Positions 23,617 through 32,081 of a stretch of 32,227 bases of DNA are shown here, in pieces (within the stretch, counting starts at the first letter, position 1; every line of letters begins with the position of its first letter). The DNA lies in the IMG/VR virus record IMGVR_UViG_3300012139_000001, positions 1 through 32,227 of that record. One strand, given 5' to 3'. Made by a program: the position numbers and the translations under genes. Below the pieces are notes generated by a model. The model was not told the origin of the DNA and searched no databases. It worked only from the letters and a program-made list of their open reading frames with translations. Origin of the DNA: a virus.

Positions 23617-24431
23617 TGGCTAATGCGGTTAGCAGGGCTGAGTGGGGGGCGCGGGCGTGGCGCCGGCAACCGATCATCATCCCACCAGGCGAGCGGAAAT
23701 ATTTTGTGGTGCATTATCCGGGCGCAGGTGCGCCGCCGGGGGATGTTCGGGATTTCGCTAAATGGTGCGAGAACATTCACATGAGCAATCCAGAGTTTAT
23801 CGCTATTGGCTATAACTACGTGGTTAGTGGTGGGCGCGCTGCGGTTGGGCGGGGCCGGGATGTATTAGGTGGGCATAGTCCCCCGCGTAATCGGGATGGT
23901 ATTGGTGTGTGCGTGCGCACGGTTAACGGTGTCCCTGCTGAGGAGGATTTACGCGCGACCCGCGCATTATATGATCAATTAAATCAAGAATTGGGACGTA
24001 AGCTAACGGTTTGGTGGCATGGTAGGGATTATGCTACTGAGTGCCCGGGGAGTATTTTACGGGATTGGGCGCGTAAGGGTATGCCTGTCCCACCAGTACG
24101 AGAGTGGGATGAAATGGCATCTAAGCAAGAAATTTTTGAGGTTACGCGGCAAGCGGTGGAATCGGTTTTGCACACTGATAAGGTGGCGAAGCCTGATGGT
24201 AAACCAGAGTTTGAGCGTAGGGTTCCAGTGTCAGCGCGGGGCACGTGGACTAACAGTCACATTTTTTTGCATCGTAAGTTGGACCGGTTAATCGCGATGT
24301 TAGAGGAGGACCGCGCGCATCATAAAACCGATGATGCTCACCATCAGGCGGATGATCAAGAGCACAAGGCGGATGATGATCACCATAAAGCGGATGATCA
24401 ACCGCCCATGCCACCACCAGTAGAGAATTAA
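23616..24431 (+). CDS. Endolysin, N-acetylmuramoyl-L-alanine amidase (PGRP/Amidase_2 type)
   Basis: Contains FVVHYPG, IGYNYVV, GGHS and the Zn-ligand context YATECPG. The C-terminal tail has four His/Asp-rich heptads. Confidence 0.85.
   Translation: MANAVSRAEWGARAWRRQPIIIPPGERKYFVVHYPGAGAPPGDVRDFAKWCENIHMSNPEFIAIGYNYVVSGGRAAVGRGRDVLGGHSPPRNRDGIGVCVRTVNGVPAEEDLRATRALYDQLNQELGRKLTVWWHGRDYATECPGSILRDWARKGMPVPPVREWDEMASKQEIFEVTRQAVESVLHTDKVAKPDGKPEFERRVPVSARGTWTNSHIFLHRKLDRLIAMLEEDRAHHKTDDAHHQADDQEHKADDDHHKADDQPPMPPPVEN
24315..24398 (+). repeat. Four 21-bp in-frame repeats encoding His/Asp heptads (AHHKTDD AHHQADD QEHKADD DHHKADD)
   Basis: Read from the sequence and from the endolysin translation. 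Confidence 0.8.
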
Positions 24432-24435
24432 GATC

Positions 24436-24717
24436 ATGAATGATGGTGTGGAATCTCCACCAGCTTGGGTGCGGAGAATCATATATTGGGTGTTCGCGAT
24501 CTTAGGGTTAGTGCAAGGCGCGTTGGCTGCGGGTTTCGCTGCTGTTGGGCAGCCCTTACCTGCTTGGGTGTTGATCTTGAACGGGGTAACCGGGTTTCTC
24601 GTATCGGCTCCGTTGATTGTCGCAGTGTTGCATGTGCGCCCACTGCCACCATTGCAACCCGCACCACTAGCAGACACTACGCCTGTGGCGGTCGAGGATT
24701 CTAGTGGTGTGGTGTGA
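24436..24717 (+). CDS. Holin-like protein with two TM segments
   Basis: 93 aa with TM1 IIYWVFAILGLVQGALAAGFAAV and TM2 AWVLILNGVTGFLVSAPLIVAVL. It lies directly after the endolysin. Confidence 0.6.
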   Translation: MNDGVESPPAWVRRIIYWVFAILGLVQGALAAGFAAVGQPLPAWVLILNGVTGFLVSAPLIVAVLHVRPLPPLQPAPLADTTPVAVEDSSGVV

Positions 24718-25226
24718 GTGACCTGGTCGGTGTGTGGCGACTATTAGCCCGGATAGTTGAGGCCGCTCAAGACATTAGGGATGGTTGCGGGTTAGAACCA
24801 GTGTGCCGCGCTAGCGTGGTCCCGGCTGGGTTGGTGGCGTGGGATGCGTGCGAACGCACAGCGGACGGCCGCGACGGGCAACTGTGGGCGGCAGTGCAAA
24901 CACTAACCCCAGCTAATCCTAGTGGTGGGGCTGCGGGCTGTTGGCGTGGCATCTGGCAAGCTGAACTCGGTATTGTGCGTTGTGCTAGTACTGTGGATGA
25001 TCAAGGACGCCCACCACCAACGCAATGGTTGGCGGAGGACGCTTGGACACAAGCCCGGGACGCTGACGCACTAGCCCGCTTAGTGTTGTGTTGTCAGGAC
25101 CGTTGGGACCCAGACCAGCAGACTAGTGAGGTCGAGCTGGTGGGTTGGGATCCGTTGGGCCCGGATGGTGGGTGCGTGGGTGGCCGTTGGACTATACGAG
25201 GAGAATATGATGAGTGCTGCGCTTGA
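24714..25226 (+). CDS. Head-tail connector (stopper-like) protein
   Basis: GTGA overlap with the holin gene. SVVPAGLVAWDACERTADGRDGQLWAAV resembles actinophage head-tail stopper proteins (recollection only). Confidence 0.4.
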   Translation: MSDLVGVWRLLARIVEAAQDIRDGCGLEPVCRASVVPAGLVAWDACERTADGRDGQLWAAVQTLTPANPSGGAAGCWRGIWQAELGIVRCASTVDDQGRPPPTQWLAEDAWTQARDADALARLVLCCQDRWDPDQQTSEVELVGWDPLGPDGGCVGGRWTIRGEYDECCA

Positions 25227-25416
25227 ACCAGTCGAGTTGATCCTAGCGGATGGTAGCCGGATTAGTTTGCCTTATAGGGTGGCTGCGGGGATGGTGTCCA
25301 GGGGGCGTGCGGATTGGGCGCCACCACCGAAACCGAAACCACGTCGCGCGGAACCAGAACCCCCACCAGACCCGGAACCAGAACTATCCGAAGGTTCGGG
25401 CGAGAGTAGTGCTTAG
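25207..25416 (+). CDS. Small hypothetical protein with Pro-rich tail
   Basis: RBS GAGGAG lies upstream of ATGATG at 25207. The C-terminus is PPPKPKPRRAEPEPPPDPEPE. Confidence 0.4.
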   Translation: MMSAALEPVELILADGSRISLPYRVAAGMVSRGRADWAPPPKPKPRRAEPEPPPDPEPELSEGSGESSA

Positions 25417-25771
25417 GGTCACGCTCGGCCGGCCCGCTGGTGTTGATCACGTCTCGGGCGTGGTCGGTGCCGCGTTAGCTAAAGCCCTAGCCGAAGCAAC
25501 ATTAAAAAGAGTACGGGCGCGTGTTGATCATGCAGCAGTGCAAGCGTTAACGGTGCGTGGCGTGAATCAGTATGCGGCGCAGATAATAGGGTCGCGTGGC
25601 GGACCGGGCAGGATTATTAGTCGGCGTGGACGAATGTTAGGCCCGTTCCAGCGAAGGTATGCGGGTTCGTTTTGGTTGCGGTCGGTTATGGGCGTGGGTT
25701 TCGGCCCGCTAATACAAGCGGAGGGTAGTAGGATCACCGCTAACGATCTTGATTTAACTTTAGCAGTCTAA
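25409..25771 (+). CDS. Hypothetical structural protein (neck/tail-terminator position)
   Basis: GTG 25409 overlaps the upstream stop by 8 nt. The longer track ORF from 25250 would fully overlap the previous gene. Function is guessed from position only. Confidence 0.35.
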   Translation: MLRVTLGRPAGVDHVSGVVGAALAKALAEATLKRVRARVDHAAVQALTVRGVNQYAAQIIGSRGGPGRIISRRGRMLGPFQRRYAGSFWLRSVMGVGFGPLIQAEGSRITANDLDLTLAV

Positions 25772-25792
25772 ATTCGGGGGATTTTGTTGATC

Positions 25793-26110
25793 ATGAGTAA
25801 AAGAGTAGTAGAAACCAGAAAAATTAAACTAGGCGACCAAAACTATGAGTTTCGCGTTCCGAAAGTCGCCGGAATCCTGTTCGCACTAATGCACATTCGG
25901 AACCTGCCGGAAAACGAGCGTGAAGCTTATATGATATATGAGCAAGTAGAATGGTTGAAAAAAGGTTTAGGCGAAGAACAATGGAAACTAATTGAGGGGA
26001 GGTTGAAAGACGATGACGATATTCTCGATTTTCCAGATCTTAGCAACAGTACTTTGGGGCTGGTAGGGGAAGTAGCGGGACGCCCCCCTACATCGTCCAC
26101 CGCATCCTAA
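25793..26110 (+). CDS. Tail assembly chaperone (G-like short form)
   Basis: 105 aa, acidic, ending in GRPPTSSTAS, and located immediately upstream of the tape measure gene. ATG is preceded by TTGTTGATC. Confidence 0.7.
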   Translation: MSKRVVETRKIKLGDQNYEFRVPKVAGILFALMHIRNLPENEREAYMIYEQVEWLKKGLGEEQWKLIEGRLKDDDDILDFPDLSNSTLGLVGEVAGRPPTSSTAS

Positions 26111-26364
26111 TAATGGTTGCGGTGGACGCTCCTTTACGCGGTCGCATGATCAGTATCGGTGTGGACTGGCGTTCTCTCCCAGTCCGCGACCTAGTTGATC
26201 TTGTCTACTTTTGGTTAGTTGAGGGGCGGAGTGAAGCGGACGCAATGAAAACTCTGTCTAAGTTCGAGGTTCCCCCGCCAGGTTATTCGGGGAGTTTGGC
26301 GGGTACTTCGTGGGACCCGGACACTATGCTAGACGCATACCAGCGGCAAGCTGGCAGCATCTAA
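25793..26364 (+). CDS. Tail assembly chaperone, -1 frameshifted long form (G-T like)
   Basis: The heptamer C CCC CCT at 26083-26089 lies in the zero frame CGC CCC CCT. The -1 frame is open from 26089 (TAC ATC GTC ...) and runs into ORF 26113-26364. Confidence 0.55.
26083..26089 (+). promoter_or_regulatory. -1 programmed ribosomal frameshift slippery heptamer C CCC CCT
   Basis: The zero frame CGC CCC CCT ACA was verified against the translation RPPT. The -1 frame is open into the downstream ORF. Confidence 0.5.
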
Positions 26365-26383
26365 CCAGAGGAAGGGGCGGGGT

Positions 26384-29008
26384 ATGGCCGGTATTACTGT
26401 TCCCGTCCAATTCCGCGGTGATTTCGCCGGCGTTACTGGAGGCCTGACCCGTGCGCTTAGTGGCGCGGCCAGGGGCGCGAGCGGCGCTTTTAGCGGAGTC
26501 GGCCGCGGGCTCACCAGTGCGCTGGGAAATGCGGCTAGGACCGCGGGTCAGGACCTTGTCAGGGTAATGACCTCGGCTGGGATTGTCGCGGGTACCGCGT
26601 TCGCTGGTGGTCTCGCAGTACTAGCTAGTTTTAGTGGGGAGGCTGTTCGAGCCTCGGACAGTCTGAGTAAGTTTCAGACTAGTTTGCAGTTCGCTGGTTT
26701 GGGTGCGCAGCAAATTGATCAACTGACGCAGGCTACCGCAGCTTATGCGCGCGCTACCGTGTATGAGCTGGGGGATGTGCGGAGTATTACCGCGCAACTC
26801 GCCGCTAATGGTGTGCCCGGGTTTCAGAATCTTGCTATGGCCTTGGGGAACTTGAACGCGGTTAGCGGAGGCACTAGTGAGACGTTCCGCCGGGTCGGTC
26901 AAGTCCTAACACAAACAGCGGGAATAGGGAAATTAACAACCGAAAACTGGATGCAGTTTTCCGAGGCGATCCCCGGGGCAGCTGGGCGGATGCAACAAGA
27001 ACTGCAAAAAGCTGGCGCGTTTACCGGTAACTTTCGGACAGCGTTAGCGCAGGGGCAGATCTCGGCGCAGGATTTCGGCGCGGCTATTCAGAATCTTGGT
27101 TTTGATAAGGTCGCTCAGCAAGCAGCGACTAGCACGAAAACGTTTGAGGGCGCGGCTGGGGGTTTACGCGCGACTATCGTGGATGGTTTAGCGGAATCGT
27201 TTAACACGCTTAAACCTGGGTTAACGGGTTTTATTAATCTTTTGAGTGGCGCGGCTAAACCAGCGTTAGACGCACTGGGTAAAGGCGCGCAAGCAGCCGC
27301 GCCGTATCTGGAAACGTTTGTTAAAGCGATGTCTGGTGACACTAAGATAGGCCAATTTTCGGGGAGTATCGGTAAGTTTAATGATGCGATCTTGAAGATT
27401 AAGGGAACGGTCGGCCCGGTTATAACTAGTATTAGTAGCGCGTTCGATAAGCTTTCGGGTAATCAAAAAGCGATGGCGGTATTGACTGGTTTGGGCGCGG
27501 CGTTCGGGGCTGTCGGTGTTGCTGCTTCCCAGTTTCTGGGTCCGTTGAAAGGTTTGTTGGGACCGTTGGGCGGGTTCGGTGGGTTATTGCGCGTGGCGTT
27601 TGGTCCTTTGGGTTTGATTGTTGGTTTGTTCGCTACGGCGTGGAATGGTTCGGAACAATTCCGTAATGCGATTATGGGGCTAGTGGATCAGTTCGCCCCG
27701 TTAATATCGGTTTTGGGGCAGAATATTCAACCGGTTTTGGGTGCTGTTAGTGGTCTTATGGGTGTGGCTGCTGGCGTGGTAGTGAATTTGGCAACGGCTA
27801 TTGCTCCGCTTATTACTACGCTGGGCGCAGCATTGGCCCCGATTTTGACTACTTTAGTGCAAACGTTGTTCCCGATTTTAGCGTCGACTTTGACGCAGTT
27901 GGGCCCGATTATTAGCGGTTTAGGCGGGTTTTTGACTGGTTTGGTTTCGAATATTATGGGGTTTTTGATTCCTGCTATTCAGACGTTAACTCCTATTGTT
28001 ACCACGGTTTTTCAGGGTCTCGGGACCATCATTCAAGGCGCGCTCAATGTGGTTATGGGTATTATTAATACTGTTATGAGTTTGCTTAAGGGTGATTGGC
28101 AAGGCGCGTGGGATGGTTTAAAGCAGATCGTTACTGGTGTGTGGGATGTTATTAAAGGCGCGGTTACTACTGCTATTAATGTGGTTAAGGGGATTCTTAG
28201 TGCGGCGTGGAATGGGATTAAGACTGGTGCGCAAGCAGCGTGGAACGCGGTTAGTAAGGGTATTAGTGACGCGTGGAACGCGATCACTAATGCTATTGGC
28301 GGGGCTATTAATGGCATTAAGAATACGATTAGTAATTGGTTGACGAACGCTAAAAATACTATTAGTAACGCGTGGAACAGTATTGTTAACGGGGTTAAAC
28401 AAGTGTGGACGAATCTTGGGAACACGGTTCGCACTGGCGTGACTAAGGTTGTCGATTTTGTTAAAGAGTTACCTGGGAACATTGTTAGAGGTCTCGGGAA
28501 TATGGGGAACCTACTAGTGGACACTGGCCGGGACCTAGTGCAGGGGATGATTAACGGGGTTAAAAACGCGGTTGGCGGGCTGGTCGATGCTGCTAAGAAT
28601 ATGGTTGGTAGTGCGATTAATGCGGCTAAAAGCGTTTTAGGTATTGATTCGCCTAGTAAGGTTTTCGCGTTGATCGGGAAACAAGCGGGGCAGGGTTTGG
28701 TTTTAGGGTTGAACGCTTCGCAGGCTGCGGCAGCGCGGGCGGGGGCTAGTCTTACGCGTGCCGCGACACCTTCCAGCCCGACTATAAACGGGTCAAGATC
28801 AACAACAGTTACTAGTCGGGACGGGTCAAGATCAACAAGCGGTGTGAGTGATGGTGGGCAGTTTGTTTATGCTCCCCAGTTTTACGGGCCGACTACGGGT
28901 AGCGCGCGTTTGCGCGAGTTGGATTGGGCGCGCCGCTACGCTCCCCAGGTCAGCGCGCCTAGGGATAATAGTTATCCGTTTGATCTTTCGCGTGGGGTTC
29001 TGGTATGA
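26384..29008 (+). CDS. Tape measure protein
   Basis: 874 aa, Gly/Ala-rich, with central hydrophobic segments and reiterated W-N/D motifs (AWNGIKTGAQAAWNAVSKGISDAWNAITNAIGG ...). It lies downstream of the chaperone pair. Confidence 0.9.
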   Translation: MAGITVPVQFRGDFAGVTGGLTRALSGAARGASGAFSGVGRGLTSALGNAARTAGQDLVRVMTSAGIVAGTAFAGGLAVLASFSGEAVRASDSLSKFQTSLQFAGLGAQQIDQLTQATAAYARATVYELGDVRSITAQLAANGVPGFQNLAMALGNLNAVSGGTSETFRRVGQVLTQTAGIGKLTTENWMQFSEAIPGAAGRMQQELQKAGAFTGNFRTALAQGQISAQDFGAAIQNLGFDKVAQQAATSTKTFEGAAGGLRATIVDGLAESFNTLKPGLTGFINLLSGAAKPALDALGKGAQAAAPYLETFVKAMSGDTKIGQFSGSIGKFNDAILKIKGTVGPVITSISSAFDKLSGNQKAMAVLTGLGAAFGAVGVAASQFLGPLKGLLGPLGGFGGLLRVAFGPLGLIVGLFATAWNGSEQFRNAIMGLVDQFAPLISVLGQNIQPVLGAVSGLMGVAAGVVVNLATAIAPLITTLGAALAPILTTLVQTLFPILASTLTQLGPIISGLGGFLTGLVSNIMGFLIPAIQTLTPIVTTVFQGLGTIIQGALNVVMGIINTVMSLLKGDWQGAWDGLKQIVTGVWDVIKGAVTTAINVVKGILSAAWNGIKTGAQAAWNAVSKGISDAWNAITNAIGGAINGIKNTISNWLTNAKNTISNAWNSIVNGVKQVWTNLGNTVRTGVTKVVDFVKELPGNIVRGLGNMGNLLVDTGRDLVQGMINGVKNAVGGLVDAAKNMVGSAINAAKSVLGIDSPSKVFALIGKQAGQGLVLGLNASQAAAARAGASLTRAATPSSPTINGSRSTTVTSRDGSRSTSGVSDGGQFVYAPQFYGPTTGSARLRELDWARRYAPQVSAPRDNSYPFDLSRGVLV

Positions 29009-29943
29009 GCGGCGGTTGGGCGGTCACCCTGGACGGGGTTACGCTTAGTGGTGGGTCGCATCCGGGGGAGGGCTGTTTAACAGCGCCGCCTTTAGGCCTT
29101 GGCCTGCCGGGTTTGCGCACGGAGGATGTGACTTACCTTCAGCGTGACGGTGTCCGCATGTTCAGCGACTGGTACGAGCCGCGCGTGATCACCTTAGAGG
29201 AGGTGATGGTCTGCCCTCCTAGTGGTGGGTGTGACCCTCCTGGTGCCTGCGCTGATGTTCGCGCGCGTGTGCGGGACATTCTCTTAGCGTGGCAGCGCAG
29301 GTGTGAAGACGTCGAGCTGGTGATTCATACGGATTGCGAGGGGGAGGGTCCGCCGGCGTTGGTGGGCCCGTATGGTGTGCGCGGCCGGCCTAGGGTAGCT
29401 GAGGTGGTTTGGGGTCGCGGGCCTAGGGCTTGCGCGACTTTGCTTTTGCGGTTTGATGCTGTTGATCATCGCCTACTCGTCTTAGACGAGAGCGGGGAGC
29501 CGGGTAGCGGTCGAAAATGTGTAACGCTTACGCCGGAGACAACTACGCGTTGCCGCACTTATCCGCGTTGCTACCCATCCTGTTACGAGGAAACGACGGG
29601 GGACGATGGGAGCGGTCCAGTGTCGGCGTGGTCGGATGGGACAGTCTGCGTAGGCGCGACGGTCACGCTCTGCGGACGCTTGCAGAATCCCAGGGTTGAG
29701 AACATTACAACCGGGGAATGGTTCTCATATCGGGGGACTATCGAGGCTGGTGACCCTTGTGTGATAGTTGATACCGGGGAGGGGACTGCGTCGCAGGGTG
29801 GGGAGAACCGGTCACACTTGTTACGCGGTGACAGTAGGTGGATGCTAGAGCCTGGGGAAAATCGACTGCGGTTGACTTCGTTTGGCGCGCAGGATACCGG
29901 CACGGCTGAGGTTTGCTACCGCGATAACGTGATCATGGCCTAG
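29005..29943 (+). CDS. Distal tail protein (Dit-like)
   Basis: ATGA overlap with the tape measure gene and 312 aa long. Called from the canonical position after the tape measure. Confidence 0.55.
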   Translation: MSGGWAVTLDGVTLSGGSHPGEGCLTAPPLGLGLPGLRTEDVTYLQRDGVRMFSDWYEPRVITLEEVMVCPPSGGCDPPGACADVRARVRDILLAWQRRCEDVELVIHTDCEGEGPPALVGPYGVRGRPRVAEVVWGRGPRACATLLLRFDAVDHRLLVLDESGEPGSGRKCVTLTPETTTRCRTYPRCYPSCYEETTGDDGSGPVSAWSDGTVCVGATVTLCGRLQNPRVENITTGEWFSYRGTIEAGDPCVIVDTGEGTASQGGENRSHLLRGDSRWMLEPGENRLRLTSFGAQDTGTAEVCYRDNVIMA

Positions 29944-29958
29944 CGTGGTGATCATGGT

Positions 29959-31056
29959 ATGAGTGTTTGTGCGTGTGGGTCGGATTGGCGGGTCTTAGCA
30001 GCTGATCTCCGCACAGGCCGTTTTGAGCGGGTATTACATCCGGTTAGTTTTGAGTGGTCGACTCGGCTTATCGAGTTTGGGCAGGGCACGCTCACACTAG
30101 CAGCGAAAGATTATCCGATTCGCGCGGTTTGGCCGATGCTAACCATGATCATTTTTCAGCGGCGGACTGCGGAGGGTGATTGGGTTGGTGAATGGGCTGG
30201 ATACGTGGACGCTGTCCGCGTGGATAGGGGCACTGCGCAGGTCGGGTTAAAAGAATTGGCCGCGTATTTGGAGCGCAGGACGATTAAGCAGACAGTGCGG
30301 TGGGATCAGGTGGAGCAAACGGTTATCGCCCGGGATCTCGCCCGGTTGGGTTTGTCGCGTGGTGTGCCGCTTAATCCTGTTGCTGCTCCGTCGGAGATCC
30401 TTAGGGATCGTGAATATCCGTGGTGGGATCGGAAAACGATTGGGAGCGCGATTGTTGATCTTGCCGGGGTCCTGCGAGGCGTCGAATGGGAGAGCATCCC
30501 CCGCGAAACGGGCGGCACGTGGGTGGTCGAGTTGATCTTCCGGGACCGTGTCGGTGTGGACCGGGATTACACGCTGCGGAGTGATCGCGAGTTAGCCGAA
30601 TATTCGCTAGAGATATCGAGTGCGGATCAGGCGAATTGGGTTGATGCGATCGGCAGCGGTCAAGAAGAAACGACGCTAATAGAGAGCGCGGAGGAGCGGC
30701 GTTATTATCCGCAATTGGACGCGGCGCCGCGTTGGTCGGAGGTGACCCGACGGTCGACACTCAGGGAGCACGCTGAGGGTTGGGCTGGGATGTATTGGGA
30801 ACCTCGGGCTACGCCTACCGGGGTTATCCGCGGGCTAGCTAATCCGGATCCTGATTTGTTGCGTTTGGGTGATACCCACCAGGTGCGCCTGTCGTATGGG
30901 ATGGGGTCGTATGTTGGGACGGTGCGTGTGATCGGTTTGGGGTGGCGTGTTAGTGCTGGTGAAGCGGTTTCGCGCGCGGTTGAGTGGCAGCCTCTCGCCT
31001 CAGCTAGCACCGCGCTATTAAATCAAGAGTTTTTAGATGACTGCCTGGACTGTTAA
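29959..31056 (+). CDS. Minor tail protein (tail-tip, Tal/ReqiPepy6 gp37-like position)
   Basis: 365 aa, following Dit. General resemblance to actinophage minor tail proteins (recollection only). Confidence 0.45.
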   Translation: MSVCACGSDWRVLAADLRTGRFERVLHPVSFEWSTRLIEFGQGTLTLAAKDYPIRAVWPMLTMIIFQRRTAEGDWVGEWAGYVDAVRVDRGTAQVGLKELAAYLERRTIKQTVRWDQVEQTVIARDLARLGLSRGVPLNPVAAPSEILRDREYPWWDRKTIGSAIVDLAGVLRGVEWESIPRETGGTWVVELIFRDRVGVDRDYTLRSDRELAEYSLEISSADQANWVDAIGSGQEETTLIESAEERRYYPQLDAAPRWSEVTRRSTLREHAEGWAGMYWEPRATPTGVIRGLANPDPDLLRLGDTHQVRLSYGMGSYVGTVRVIGLGWRVSAGEAVSRAVEWQPLASASTALLNQEFLDDCLDC

Positions 31057-31091
31057 ACGGGCGTACACTCTACTAGGGAGGTTTGTTGATC

Positions 31092-32081
31092 ATGGAAGTT
31101 AATCCGCCATCGTATGCGCAGGATGGGTGTTACACGGCGCAGCAAGACCGGCAGATCCTCGCGGGCATGATTTGTTCGGATGGCGTGCAAAACCGTCGGG
31201 GCGGTGACATGCTCGTCACGCCTTCCACTGAAGGTTTAGCGGTTGATGTTGCTGCGGGGGAGGCGTATATCGCTGGGGATGATGTGCAAGGTCAGGGCAT
31301 GTATTTCGTGGTCAATGATGCGAGTAAGCGCGTTGAACTTGCTGCAGCGGACCAATCCGACCCGCGTATTGATCTTGTTATCGCGCAGGTGCGCGATTCC
31401 GAGTATCAGGGTGATGAGAGCCGCTGGGATATTATTGTTTTGACTGGGACACCGTCGCCGGAGCCGCAGCCGCCCAGCCTGCCGGGTAACGCGATCCGCC
31501 TAGCTGAAATAACTGTGCCCGCTGGTGCGTCATCGGTGGCAGCGGAGAATATTCGGGACCGTCGGGAGCAGGCTGCGTTATGTGATCAGCTCTGCTCATG
31601 CCCCCGCTCGTGGATCGCTACCGTACAAGACGACGAGGTTTTCGGGGCGGACGGCCGGCAGCCTTCCACTAAACTCCGCGTGCGCGGGCTCCCCACGGGG
31701 CAGGACGGGTTCGAAGGCTCTTATATTTTCGAAGCGATGATCATCGTACAAGCGAACTGCGCTAACCAGCGTGTGCTTATTACGATGGATGGTGCGACGT
31801 GGTCGGCTGGTGGGATCGGCCCGGCGTTTAACCATCAAACCGGGGAAGGTGGGGACGCTCGGTTCATTAGTGTCGACTTGGCGCGTGCTGGTGGTATTTG
31901 GATGGGCACGGGGGAGAACACGCCAGCCGATGATAACCGGGGTATCCCGATCTGGATCGCGGGGATAATGCGCGCGCGTGACGCGGAGGTTGGGTTCGGG
32001 TTTGAGCGTGAATCTAATGGCTGTCAGATCGTGTTGGAGCGCGGGTCGTATTGGAAGATTACGCGTGCCGTGGCCCCATGA
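31092..32081 (+). CDS. Minor tail / receptor-binding-like protein
   Basis: The N-terminal domain SYAQDGCYTAQQDRQILAGM ... LAVDVAAGEAYIAGDD ... DPRIDLVIAQVRD follows the conserved N-domain pattern of actinophage minor tail proteins. ATG is preceded by GGGAGG and TTGTTGATC. Confidence 0.5.
   Translation: MEVNPPSYAQDGCYTAQQDRQILAGMICSDGVQNRRGGDMLVTPSTEGLAVDVAAGEAYIAGDDVQGQGMYFVVNDASKRVELAAADQSDPRIDLVIAQVRDSEYQGDESRWDIIVLTGTPSPEPQPPSLPGNAIRLAEITVPAGASSVAAENIRDRREQAALCDQLCSCPRSWIATVQDDEVFGADGRQPSTKLRVRGLPTGQDGFEGSYIFEAMIIVQANCANQRVLITMDGATWSAGGIGPAFNHQTGEGGDARFISVDLARAGGIWMGTGENTPADDNRGIPIWIAGIMRARDAEVGFGFERESNGCQIVLERGSYWKITRAVAP

Noticed and set aside
25250-25408. N-terminal extension of ORF 25250-25771
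   Set aside because: It would fully overlap gene 25207-25416, and its translation is Arg/Asn/His-rich. A GTG at 25409 that overlaps the upstream stop gives normal operon packing.
15644-28524. Long antisense ORFs inside late genes (15644-16138, 16825-17386, 20234-20638, 20829-21242, 21127-22422, 23118-23780, 28033-28524)
   Set aside because: They are low-complexity Arg/Pro/Ser-rich translations opposite well-supported structural genes, and are treated as non-coding shadows.
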